Source: Actinomycetota bacterium (lineage in GTDB: Bacteria; Actinomycetota; Actinomycetes; S36-B12). From it: a DNA stretch of 64,000 nucleotides. Shown here in pieces: positions 46,579 through 55,853 of this stretch. Made by a program: the position numbers and the translations under genes. The notes beneath the pieces were generated by a model. The model saw only the letters and a program-made list of their open reading frames with translations. It had not been told where the DNA came from and did no database searches. Location of the stretch: assembly GCA_030681835.1 (NCBI GenBank), contig JAUXRN010000032.1, positions 2,487-66,486 on the forward strand, in the 5' to 3' direction. How positions within the stretch are numbered: position 1 is the first letter of the stretch; each line of letters begins with the position of its first letter.

Positions 46579-48413
46579 GTCCCGGCAGGGCGATCGTTTG
46601 GGTCGTTGCTCCGGGGGCGTGCGGCCGGTGCCAATCGCGCGTTACCGGAGTCGAGCAGTCGACTCGCCGTTTCGTCGATCCGACCGATTCCGGGGCGGAG
46701 GGCATCTAGCCCCGCGGGGAGTGCCTGGGGAGGCACGCCCCGGCGGGCCAGCAGGTGCTCGAGCCAACCGAGGAACTCGAAGAACACGGTGTCGTCGCGC
46801 GCCGCGAGCGCGGCCGCCAGGAACTGCACGACATAGACGAGATCCTCCCGGGTCCGGGCGAGCTTGGCCTCGTCGTACGCAGCCATGGCCGGGAACGATC
46901 GGGCGAGGCCCTGCATCGCCTCCGCGCCAAGCGCGTCGGCATCAGCGAAGAGTTGAGCAGCGACCGGGTCGAGGGGGATCGGTGCAGGGTTGACGGTGGG
47001 GCGGGTGGAGCGCCAACTGGCAATGACGGGTGCGGCCTCCTGGGCGGAGGCCGCCCAGGCGTCGGCTCCAAGGTGCAGGGCGCGACGCGAGTCCGTGCCG
47101 AAGGCCCGGCCGCCGACGATGGCAGGGATCCCGCGTGCATGTGCCGCATCGATGAGTCGGATGACGCCTGGGAAGAAGATCGGCAGGCTGCAGGACACGG
47201 CCAAGGCGTCGCAGCTTGAGCGGTCCAGGAAGTCGGCGACGGCGTCGACGGGCGTGGAGGCCCCGAGCACGCTGACGCCGAAACCATGCGATCGGAGCGA
47301 CTCGCCGAACATCTGCGCGGCCAAGGAGTGCCAGTCCCCTTCCGAGCAGGTCACGACCGTCAGACCGCTCACGTCGACGTGGCTCGTCTCCGCGGCGAGG
47401 GCGTCGAGGGCCGCGGCCGCCACGCCACTCGCCAGGTGCTCGTCGACGGGCGTGAGCTCGTTGCGCTGCCAGCGCTCGCCGACCTCGCACTGCGCGGCAG
47501 CCAGCAGGTCCACCACGATCTGCTCGTAGGGAACGTGGTTGTCCAGGAGGTCGAGCGTCTGGCGGACACCCCCAGTTCGGTCGCCGCTCAGGGCGTCGCC
47601 AAGGTAGGACTCGACGAAATCGCCCGGGGTGGACGTGGTCGTGTGCGTCCCGGCCCGTGCCCAGACCCAGCGGTCGCGTCCGGCCTCCTTCGCCTCGTAT
47701 AGCGCGGCGTCGGCCCTGGCCATCACCTCGGCGGGGTCCCCCGACGACAGCGCGATCCCGGCCGAGAAGGTGATCGGCTGGGGGCGCACCGCCAGCCAGT
47801 GGTCACGCAGCCGGGAGAGGAAGGCGTCGGGGTGGGCCGAGGCAGGAAGGACAACGACGAACTCCTCACCGCCGTAGCGTCCGACGGTGTCGCGACCGCG
47901 GACAGTGGCGAGCAGTGCCGCGCCGAAGGAACGCAGTACGTCGTCCCCCACCGCGTGCCCGAAGTCGTCGTTCACCGCCTTGAAGTGGTCCAGGTCAAGC
48001 ATGATCACGGCTTCGGAATCGGCGAGCCTTCCCAGCGAGCGCTCCAGCATCCTGCGATTCGGCAGCCCCGTGAGGACATCGGTCGACGCCGACTCGGCCA
48101 GTCGCTCCACTCGATCGCTCAGCTCCAGCGCCTGCCGGGCGTCGAGCAGGAACGTCGGCAGGTAGCGGTCGAGGAGAGTGCGTGCGCTCGTGGCGGGCCG
48201 TGCGGCCGCCAGGACGGGAGCGCCTTCCCCGAAGGAGAGGTCTGCTGGGATCGCGCTTCCGTCGGCCGTGTCAGCCGGGACGACGTCGCCGCCGAGGCCC
48301 TGGACCAGCGTCGCAGCAATGCGCGCCGCGTCGGCGGCCGTGTCCACCCACAGCAGCGAGCGCGTCGCCTCAAGGACCGCGTTCGGAACCACGGCCCGGG
48401 CATCATTCGCCAT
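46575..48413 (-). CDS. multidomain diguanylate cyclase: N-terminal domain, GGDEF, B12-binding cap (Wx9EH), Rossmann B12-binding domain, C-terminal helical domain
   Basis: GGDEF with GGEEF (aa ~108-255). [18 protein letters not shown] matches W-x9-[14 protein letters not shown]...SCSL...VGGRAF matches DxHxxG...SxL...GG. A C-terminal ~130-aa helical domain of unknown type follows. Confidence 0.85.
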   Translation of the reverse strand: MANDARAVVPNAVLEATRSLLWVDTAADAARIAATLVQGLGGDVVPADTADGSAIPADLSFGEGAPVLAAARPATSARTLLDRYLPTFLLDARQALELSDRVERLAESASTDVLTGLPNRRMLERSLGRLADSEAVIMLDLDHFKAVNDDFGHAVGDDVLRSFGAALLATVRGRDTVGRYGGEEFVVVLPASAHPDAFLSRLRDHWLAVRPQPITFSAGIALSSGDPAEVMARADAALYEAKEAGRDRWVWARAGTHTTTSTPGDFVESYLGDALSGDRTGGVRQTLDLLDNHVPYEQIVVDLLAAAQCEVGERWQRNELTPVDEHLASGVAAAALDALAAETSHVDVSGLTVVTCSEGDWHSLAAQMFGESLRSHGFGVSVLGASTPVDAVADFLDRSSCDALAVSCSLPIFFPGVIRLIDAAHARGIPAIVGGRAFGTDSRRALHLGADAWAASAQEAAPVIASWRSTRPTVNPAPIPLDPVAAQLFADADALGAEAMQGLARSFPAMAAYDEAKLARTREDLVYVVQFLAAALAARDDTVFFEFLGWLEHLLARRGVPPQALPAGLDALRPGIGRIDETASRLLDSGNARLAPAARPRSNDPNDRPAGT

Positions 48414-48741
48414 TGCTCACCCCAGGATCAGGGAGGAGCCGGTACCGCCGGAACGCCGTGCCACGGGGGCGTTCGGGGGTGGATGGGATCCGCGCGTGGG
48501 AGCGTCGGTGGTCATCCGACTTCATGTACTCCCCGAATCGCTCGGCGTCGTCCCACCAGGACACCATCTGGAACACTCCCGGCGCGTTGATGTCCTGCCA
48601 CACCTCGAGTCGCTGGAACCCGGGCGCGGCTTCCACCAGGTGCAGGCGGTCGCGGAAGGCTCCGTCGAGCTGGCCGCTGAATTCGGGGGAGATCGTCACC
48701 TCGCTGCTGACGATGAACGCATCTGGCCTGTTGGGAATCAT
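48403..48741 (-). CDS. antibiotic-biosynthesis-monooxygenase (ABM/HmoA-like) domain protein
   Basis: 112 aa ferredoxin-like ABM pattern (FQRLEVWQD...FQMVSWWDDAERFGEYM). It overlaps the downstream GGDEF gene by 11 nt. Confidence 0.7.
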   Translation of the reverse strand: MIPNRPDAFIVSSEVTISPEFSGQLDGAFRDRLHLVEAAPGFQRLEVWQDINAPGVFQMVSWWDDAERFGEYMKSDDHRRSHARIPSTPERPRGTAFRRYRLLPDPGVSNGE

Positions 48742-49454
48742 CGCCTGTCACCGTGCCGTCCGACCGAGCGGATCCCGGTGTCGCAGGAGATCACGACGGG
48801 TGGGGGCTTGTGACCGACGCGAGCATCAACGACGACCGTGGGGCAGTGCATCCCGGCGTCAGCCGTGAACTCCCATGCTCCGCGGTGCACGCGCAGGCTG
48901 AACCCGTCCGCCCCCGATGTGACGGTTCGGTGTCTCGTGCCGGAAGTTGCGGTCACCGTGGCGGACGCCCCAATGGTCTCGCAATCCTCGCCCGGGCGCT
49001 GAACCGGGCAGGTGGGTCCCAGGTCGACTCGGCCCCGCAGCGTGACCATTCCCGGCTCGGTCAGCAGTGCCCGGTAGGTCCGCCAGCGGGCGGTCGCGCA
49101 GCCATCCGCACGGTCGAACCGGGCGTCGACCGGCGAGCCCCGCCACTGTCCGACTACCCGAGCCCTCTCCGGGCCCGAGAAGACCATCGTGCACGCCATC
49201 CCCGTGGGTGCCTTGGCGAACGGGGCAGCGAGGCCGTCCAGGAACGCGCAGGCCTCGACGCGATTGGGATGGGTTCCACCCACGGGGTCGCACTGCAAAG
49301 TCCACGTGTCCGTCAATCCCGGCGCCCAGCGCATGGTCACCGTCAGCTCTGATGCCCGAGGGATGGCCTGCGAAGGCCCCGACGGGCCGATCGTGGAGGC
49401 GAGGACGACGATGACTGCCGCCGTGGTGCTGAAGAGGCGCTGCCCCGGGGTCAT
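48738..49454 (-). CDS. secreted protein with subtilisin-inhibitor (SSI)-like N-terminal domain
   Basis: It has a signal peptide, then LTVTMRW...WTLQCDPVGGTHPNRVEACAFL...CTMVFSGP...G.WRG, typical of SSI. An extra C-terminal ~100 aa follows. Start at MTPGQ. Confidence 0.65.
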   Translation of the reverse strand: MTPGQRLFSTTAAVIVVLASTIGPSGPSQAIPRASELTVTMRWAPGLTDTWTLQCDPVGGTHPNRVEACAFLDGLAAPFAKAPTGMACTMVFSGPERARVVGQWRGSPVDARFDRADGCATARWRTYRALLTEPGMVTLRGRVDLGPTCPVQRPGEDCETIGASATVTATSGTRHRTVTSGADGFSLRVHRGAWEFTADAGMHCPTVVVDARVGHKPPPVVISCDTGIRSVGRHGDRR

Positions 49455-49838
49455 ACACCATTGTGTACCCGATCGGAGCGCCGAGTCGCATGGCATGACA
49501 ACGACGAGGCGATGGTCCTACGGTTGACGTGCATCCGGTGGCCGATGGCCCACGTGGCGGGCGCACTCACCCCGGCGAGTCCGCCGACCCCCCTACGCCG
49601 TGCCGCACAGCTGGCGGCGCCTCGCGAAATCCTCCTCATCGCGGGCGGAGCTGTCGAGGACGAGCTGCCATCCGCCATGTCGATCCAGGCGGGCTCCCCG
49701 GAAACGGTGTCGGCTTGGGCGATTCCCGCAGCAGGCACTGGCCGGACTGGCGAGCCAGCCCCAGGAATGGGAACGACGCGTCAGAGGAATCCTGGATGCC
49801 GAGCTCGGTGCGGCGGGCGGAAGGCCTGCGCCGCGATA

Positions 49839-50828
49839 ATGGCGAGCATGGTGACCAGCCGGCCAGTCCTTGTCGTGGCTTTGGCGGTCGGGTTGGCATG
49901 GGGTGTCGGAGCGGCGCCCGGGATCGTGTCCGCCCAGATTGCTGCGCTGCGCCCGGTGCCCGGCACCGACTGCCCGCTCTTCCCGGCCAACAACTACTGG
50001 CATGCCCGCGTCGATTCCCTGCCGGCCCATGCCGCGTCCGCGCGATGGATGGCGAACATGCATCCCGCGAGCGATCTTCATCCCGACTTCGGCCCCTCCT
50101 TCGGGGAGCAGGAGGTTCCGTACGGCATCCCGATAACCGTGGTTCACGGTGCTGCCCGCGTTCCTGTCGCCTTTGACTACGCCGATGAAAGCGACCGGGT
50201 CCCGTATCCGCTGAACAAGGACACCGCGATAGAAGGCGGCAGGAATGCTGATGGCGACCGGCACGCCATCGTGGTGGACGCCGACACCTGCACGCTGTTC
50301 GAGACGTGGAACACCCGGCAGACAAGCGCAGGATGGACGGCCGGGTCGGGTGCTGTGTGGTCACTGCGGTCGAACAAGCTGAGGCCCCGGTCATGGACGT
50401 CGGCTGACGCTGCCGGATTGCCGATACTTCCCGGCCTGCTGAGGTGGGACGAGGTCGAGGCCGGTCGGGTCGACCACGCCATCCGCTTCACGACCGACGT
50501 CACCCAACGGGCATTCATCTGGCCCGCCCGCCACCAGGCGGGGTCGACCCCATCCCGGGCCTTCCCGCCGATGGGCGCGCGGTTCCGCATGAAGCCCGGC
50601 TACTCCACTGCGGGCTTCTCGGCAAGGGCGAAGGTGGTCCTCACCGCCATGAAGCGATACGGCCTGGTCCTCGCAGACAACGGCTCCCCGTGGTACTTCC
50701 AGGGTGATGCGGATCCGGCATGGCCCGCCGACCTGATCGAGGAGCTCAAGCGCATCCCCGCCTCCGCATTCGAGGCCGTGGATACGGCCGGGCTCCGGAT
50801 ATCGCCAAACTCAGCGGCGTCCAGATAG
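49839..50828 (+). CDS. secreted conserved hypothetical protein
   Basis: Start at MASMVTS with a signal peptide ending AQIAA. It has strongly conserved-looking motifs (FPANNYWH, GDRH, WTSADAAGLPILPGL, HAIRFT, ADNGSPWY). Family not recognised. Confidence 0.6.
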   Translation: MASMVTSRPVLVVALAVGLAWGVGAAPGIVSAQIAALRPVPGTDCPLFPANNYWHARVDSLPAHAASARWMANMHPASDLHPDFGPSFGEQEVPYGIPITVVHGAARVPVAFDYADESDRVPYPLNKDTAIEGGRNADGDRHAIVVDADTCTLFETWNTRQTSAGWTAGSGAVWSLRSNKLRPRSWTSADAAGLPILPGLLRWDEVEAGRVDHAIRFTTDVTQRAFIWPARHQAGSTPSRAFPPMGARFRMKPGYSTAGFSARAKVVLTAMKRYGLVLADNGSPWYFQGDADPAWPADLIEELKRIPASAFEAVDTAGLRISPNSAASR

Positions 50829-52979
50829 AGCCAGCCGGTCGTTTGCCGACTTCTGCGAATCGCCGTGAATGTCAATGGTCGGCAGCAGCCTGGCAAGCCA
50901 CGCCGGTAGCCACCAGTTGGCCTTGCCCATGAGCGTCATCGTCGCGGGGACAAGCACCATGCGCACGATCGTCGCGTCGATGAGGATCGCGGTGGCCAAC
51001 CCCAGGCCCATCATCTTGGTCGCTGGGTCCTCGCCGAACACGAAACTGAAGTACACGCAGATCATGATGAGGGCGGCCGACGTGATGACCCGGGCCGACG
51101 ATGCGATGCCACGCACGACGGATGCCGTGATGTCGCCTGTGCGCACGTACTCCTCGCGGATGCGCGAGAGCAGGAAGACCTCGTAGTCCATCGACAGTCC
51201 GAACAGCACCGCGAACATGAACATCGGGATGAACGGGATCACGGGGACCGTCGACTCGAGACCGATGAGGTTCATGCCCCATCCCCACTGGAACACCATG
51301 ACGATGACGCCGTACGCGGCGCCGATGCTCAGCAACGTCATGCCCGCAGCCTTGAGGGGTACCAGCACCGACCGGAACACCACCAGCAGCAGCAGGCAGG
51401 ACAGGAGGATGACACCGGTGATGAACAGCGGGAGGCGGTCACGCACCTTGTGGCCGATATCGGCCCAACTGGCCGTCTGACCGCCGATGTGGGCGGAAGC
51501 GGCACTGCCGGCGAGCACCGGTGGGAACACATCCTCACGAAGTCTCTCGATTGTCGCGACTGTGGCGTCCTCCTGCGGAGCGGTGGTGGGGAACGCGAGC
51601 ATCGTGGCGACCCCCGCGGAGGTCTGTACCTCGGGGTCCGTCACGAAGGCGATCCCTGGATCCGCAGCGACGGCCTCGCGCAGCGGCTCGACTACGGCCG
51701 GGTCGGCCGACACGTCGACTGCGATCAGGAGCGGACCGTTGATGCCGGGACCGAAGCCCTGGGCAACGAGGTCGTAGGCGAGGCGCTCGGTGCGTGACTG
51801 CGGCAGCGAGCCCTCGTCGGGGAAGCCCAGGCGCAGGGCCAGCACGGGAGCGGTGAGGGCAAGCAGGAGCGCCGTCGTGCCGACGAGGTAGAACCAGGCG
51901 TTGCGGGAGACATGCGACCCCCACCGCATCCAGCGGGCACTGACATGGTGAGCGTCGGCCGTGACGATCCCGCGGCGGCCGCGGCGGTTGATGCGTTGAC
52001 CAGCGACACCCAGCAAGGCCGGCAGCAGGGTCACCGAAGCCGCGACCATGACGAGCACGATGATCGAAGTGGCGATGCCTGCCGCGGTCATGAAGGGGAT
52101 GCCCGCAAACGCCATTCCGAGGACGGCGATGACGACCGTCCCGCCCGCGAAGATGACCGTCTGGCCCGCCGTGGCAACTGCACGGCCGGCGGCCTCGGGC
52201 ACCGGAAGCCCTTGCGCGAGGAACTCGCGATGCCGGGTAACCAGCAGGAGGGCGTAGTCGATGCCCACACCGAGCGCGATCATGCTGGCCATCTGTGGCG
52301 CCCAGCTGGGGATGTCGAAGATGCGAGTGACGAGCGCCATGGAGCTGACGCCTACGACTAGGCCGATCAAGGCGATCCCGATGGGCAGGCCCATCGCGAT
52401 GAGAGATCCGAATGCGATGAGCAGGATGATCATCGCGGCGATCAGGCCGACCAGCTCACTGGTGGCGGAAGCGGTTTCCTCGAACGTGAAGAAGAGGTCA
52501 CCGCCGGCCTCGATCTGTAGGGGCGACCCGACCCGCGCCTCGGCGACGGCAGCCTTGAGGCTCTCGAGGTCGGCGGTGGTGAGGTCGGCAACCATCGGGT
52601 ACTGCAGGCGGACGATTGCGACGGTGCCATCAGGCGATACCTCCTCGGTGGTCTCCAGTACGTGCGGCAGTCCGGCAACGATGGACTGGACCTCGTCGAG
52701 TGCAACCCGGGCGGCGGGCGAGGTTGTGAAGGTGGTGGCGGCATCGAGCGGCGTCATGACGACCTGCGCGGTGATGCCGCCGCCGGTCGCGCCCGCGGAC
52801 TGAAGGAGGTCGACGGCGGCCTGGGAGTCCAGCCCCGGCACGACGAAGGAGTCCTCCATCTGCTCGCCAAGGCCTACCGAGGCGCCGACAACGAGTACGG
52901 CTGCGACCACCCATGCAGCGATGACCGCCCACGTGTGCGTCGCGGCGAATCTTCCCCAGCGGAACAGGTAACTCGACAT
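50811..52979 (-). CDS. MMPL-family (RND superfamily) membrane transporter
   Basis: Start at MSSYLFRWGRFA. 722 aa with a 2 x 6 TM plus two extracytoplasmic loops pattern and GVGIDYALLLV / GLSMDYEVFLL motifs. Confidence 0.85.
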   Translation of the reverse strand: MSSYLFRWGRFAATHTWAVIAAWVVAAVLVVGASVGLGEQMEDSFVVPGLDSQAAVDLLQSAGATGGGITAQVVMTPLDAATTFTTSPAARVALDEVQSIVAGLPHVLETTEEVSPDGTVAIVRLQYPMVADLTTADLESLKAAVAEARVGSPLQIEAGGDLFFTFEETASATSELVGLIAAMIILLIAFGSLIAMGLPIGIALIGLVVGVSSMALVTRIFDIPSWAPQMASMIALGVGIDYALLLVTRHREFLAQGLPVPEAAGRAVATAGQTVIFAGGTVVIAVLGMAFAGIPFMTAAGIATSIIVLVMVAASVTLLPALLGVAGQRINRRGRRGIVTADAHHVSARWMRWGSHVSRNAWFYLVGTTALLLALTAPVLALRLGFPDEGSLPQSRTERLAYDLVAQGFGPGINGPLLIAVDVSADPAVVEPLREAVAADPGIAFVTDPEVQTSAGVATMLAFPTTAPQEDATVATIERLREDVFPPVLAGSAASAHIGGQTASWADIGHKVRDRLPLFITGVILLSCLLLLVVFRSVLVPLKAAGMTLLSIGAAYGVIVMVFQWGWGMNLIGLESTVPVIPFIPMFMFAVLFGLSMDYEVFLLSRIREEYVRTGDITASVVRGIASSARVITSAALIMICVYFSFVFGEDPATKMMGLGLATAILIDATIVRMVLVPATMTLMGKANWWLPAWLARLLPTIDIHGDSQKSANDRLALSGRR

Positions 52980-53180
52980 GGTGGCTACTCCCGGTATCTC
53001 AAGCGCGTCGGTCTGGTACCGACCCGGATACAGGGTGATCGCCCGAAGGTCCGTGGGGATCGGCCTCCCGGCCGGAACTCCCTCGGCCATGCGGTGGGCT
53101 CTGGGCTCGTCCTTTCGACCGATCCGTCCGCACCCCACAGCATCTACGCTGCAGGCGTGGTGCGATCCGGATTGCTCTCC

Positions 53181-54302
53181 ATGTGGGATGAGCCGGCTGT
53201 TCCAGATCCCCCGCGCCGCGTGTGGCGTGACTGGGTCCTCATCGCCGTGCTCGAGACCGCTGCCGTCCTCGAAGGCATCCTTCGTCCGGACGTGACATGG
53301 CGACCGATCGTCACCGCCCTGTGCATGGCGCTGATCCCGTCGCTTCTCTGGCGTCGGACTCACCCGTTGGCAGTCATCGTCGTCGTCTTCGGTGCCATCA
53401 CCGTGGTTGACGTGCTCGCCCCGGTCACTCCCGACGACCCCGTCGGTCTGTACGCCACCGCGTTCGTGCTGCTGCTGCCGTATGCGCTGGCTCGGTGGGG
53501 CTCAGGGCGCCACATCGTCATCGGTCTCGCAGTCACCATTGGGCTCCACGTCGTGCGCACGCTCGTGCACCTCAACGTGGGCGACATGGTCATTGGCATG
53601 CCGTTCCTGCTCCTGCCCGCTCTGCTCGGCCTCGCCGTTCGGTACCAGCTCAGTTCGCGCGCTCGCGAGCTCGAACAGGTGACGATGCGCGAACGCGAGC
53701 AGCTGGCCCGGGAGCTCCACGACACCGTCGCGCACCACGTCTCCGCGATCGTCATCCAGGCGCAGGCGGGGCGCGTCACGGCCGGCGTCCGGCCGGAGGC
53801 GGCCCTCGAAGCGCTTCGCGTCATCGAGTCGGAGGCCTCGCTCACTCTTGCGGAGATGCGCGACATCGTTGGGACCCTGCGCACCGGGGAGGCGGCAGAG
53901 CTGGTTCCTCATCGCGGTGTGGCCGACCTGCCGGCCCTCGCGGGCCTGGCTGGCGGCTCGCCACTCGTCGACATACGGGTATCCGGCGACATGGATGACC
54001 TGCGCCCGTCGGTGGGAGCGGCGGTTTACCGCCTCGCGCAGGAATCGATCACCAACGCCGTACGGCACGCGCGCCACGCAACTCGGGTCGATGTGCATGT
54101 GGTCGGCGACGCGGACGCTGTCCGCCTCACCGTCGTCGACGACGGCGACCCGACGTCGGCTGCCCGGTCACCCTTCGGTTACGGGATCGTGGGGATGAAG
54201 GAGCGAGCGGCCCTGCTGGGCGGGACCCTCGAGGCTGGTCCCGATCCCGGGCGCGGCTGGACCGTCTCGGCAGTCCTTCCGCGTGCGGGAGGCGGGCGAT
54301 GA
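53181..54302 (+). CDS. sensor histidine kinase (HisKA_3/NarX-DesK type) with multi-TM N-terminus and no obvious ligand-binding domain
   Basis: ~5 TM segments, then the H-box ELHDTVAHHVSAIVIQ and the HATPase region (NAVRHA...DDG...GYGIVGMKERA). Confidence 0.85.
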   Translation: MWDEPAVPDPPRRVWRDWVLIAVLETAAVLEGILRPDVTWRPIVTALCMALIPSLLWRRTHPLAVIVVVFGAITVVDVLAPVTPDDPVGLYATAFVLLLPYALARWGSGRHIVIGLAVTIGLHVVRTLVHLNVGDMVIGMPFLLLPALLGLAVRYQLSSRARELEQVTMREREQLARELHDTVAHHVSAIVIQAQAGRVTAGVRPEAALEALRVIESEASLTLAEMRDIVGTLRTGEAAELVPHRGVADLPALAGLAGGSPLVDIRVSGDMDDLRPSVGAAVYRLAQESITNAVRHARHATRVDVHVVGDADAVRLTVVDDGDPTSAARSPFGYGIVGMKERAALLGGTLEAGPDPGRGWTVSAVLPRAGGGR

Positions 54303-54952
54303 TCCGGGTGCTCGTCGCTGACGACCAGGAACTGGTCCGCACTGGCCTCACGATGATTCTCGAAGCCCAGCCCGACATCGAGGTGGTGGGCAGTGCGGCC
54401 GACGGACGCGAAGCGGTGGCGATGGCGATGGCGTTGCGGCCCGACGTGTGCCTCTTCGACATCCGTATGCCCGAGGTCGACGGCATTGAGGCCACGCGCC
54501 GACTCGCTGGTGCCGGAGTGGCCGACCCCATCGCCATCGTCGTCATCACCACATTCGACCTTGACGAGTACGTCCACGGTGCGTTGAAGGCGGGGGCTCG
54601 GGGCTTCCTGCTGAAGGACTGTGGGCCTGATCTGCTCGTTCAGGCGATCCATGCCGCGGCCGATGGGGATGCGCTCATCGCACCCAACGTCACGGCCAGG
54701 CTGCTTGCCGAGTTCGCTCGATCGGGGGCGGGTCCGGCACCGGCGCAGCCGATCGCGCCACTGACCAGCCGCGAGGAGGAGGTGCTCGTCACGCTGGCCA
54801 AGGGGCGCACGAACGCCGAGATTGCCGACGAGCTCCACATCAGCCTCAGCACGGTCAAGACGCATCTCACCAGCCTCATGGGCAAGCTTGGCGCCCGGAA
54901 CCGCGTCGAGATGGCGATGTGGGCTTACGAGACCGGACGCGTGCGGGCATAG
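54299..54952 (+). CDS. NarL/LuxR-family response regulator
   Basis: MIRVLVADDQELVR...DVCLFDIRMP receiver plus a C-terminal LuxR HTH (LTSREEEVL...EIADELHISLSTVKTHL). ATGA overlap with the HK. Confidence 0.9.
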   Translation: MIRVLVADDQELVRTGLTMILEAQPDIEVVGSAADGREAVAMAMALRPDVCLFDIRMPEVDGIEATRRLAGAGVADPIAIVVITTFDLDEYVHGALKAGARGFLLKDCGPDLLVQAIHAAADGDALIAPNVTARLLAEFARSGAGPAPAQPIAPLTSREEEVLVTLAKGRTNAEIADELHISLSTVKTHLTSLMGKLGARNRVEMAMWAYETGRVRA

Positions 54953-55055
54953 GCGTCGTGGGATGGTCATGGCGACGCGACGACCACCGGGGCCACCCGA
55001 ACTCCGGGAGCACCGTGGTGGATCCTTGGAAGGTGACCATCGAAAGGACCAAGCA

Positions 55056-55853
55056 ATGACCGCGTCCCCGGCAGCCGTGTCAGACAGCGCCACGATCAGT
55101 CAGCTCGGCAGGATCCGGCGATGGAACGTCATCGCAGGGTTCGCGCATCTCGCGCAGCTGTTTGCGATCCTGGTGCTCGCCAACGATTTCACCTTGCCGG
55201 TGACCGCGAGCTACATGGCCGGGCCTCCCGGCACGCCCTCATCCGATCCGGTCGTATTGTTCGACACGCGGATCGCCTGGGGTGTAGCCCTCTTCTTCGG
55301 ACTGTCGGCCGTGTTCCACTTCGCTGTGTCCCTGCCGCCCTTCAACCGGCGATACATGGCCGGGTTGGTCGCCCAGCACAACTACTTCCGGTGGGTGGAG
55401 TACTCGCTCAGCTCTTCGGTGATGATGGTCCTCATCGCCCAGATCGTCGGCATCTCCGACGCCGCCGCGCTCATCGCCATCTTCGGTGTCAACGCGTCCA
55501 TGATCCTGTTCGGCTGGCTCCAGGAGAGGTACGAGACCCCCGGGAGTGGCGGATGGATGCCGTTCGTTTTCGGATGCATCGCAGGCATCGTCCCCTGGCT
55601 CGCGGTCGCGCTCTACGTGATTGCGCCGGGCTCGACCACCGGCGCAGAACCGCCCGCCTTTGTTTACGGGATCGTCATCTCGCTGTTCGTCTTCTTCAAC
55701 TCCTTCGCCCTCGTCCAGGTGTTGCAGTACAAGCGTCTGGGCAAGTGGTCGAACTACCTCAACGGGGAACGCACCTACATCACGCTCAGCCTGGTGGCCA
55801 AGTCGCTGCTCGCGTGGCAGATCTTCGCTGGCACCCTTGCGCCTGGTTCGTGA
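55056..55853 (+). CDS. heliorhodopsin (7-TM retinal protein, inverted topology family)
   Basis: 265 aa, nearly colinear with heliorhodopsin 48C12 as recalled: ANDFTLPVT, GPPGT, FRWVEYSLSSSVMMVLIAQ (counterion Glu), FGVNASMILFGWLQERY, FGCIAGIVPW, FFNSFALVQ, GKWSNYL, SLVAKSLLAWQIF (Schiff-base Lys). Confidence 0.9.
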   Translation: MTASPAAVSDSATISQLGRIRRWNVIAGFAHLAQLFAILVLANDFTLPVTASYMAGPPGTPSSDPVVLFDTRIAWGVALFFGLSAVFHFAVSLPPFNRRYMAGLVAQHNYFRWVEYSLSSSVMMVLIAQIVGISDAAALIAIFGVNASMILFGWLQERYETPGSGGWMPFVFGCIAGIVPWLAVALYVIAPGSTTGAEPPAFVYGIVISLFVFFNSFALVQVLQYKRLGKWSNYLNGERTYITLSLVAKSLLAWQIFAGTLAPGS

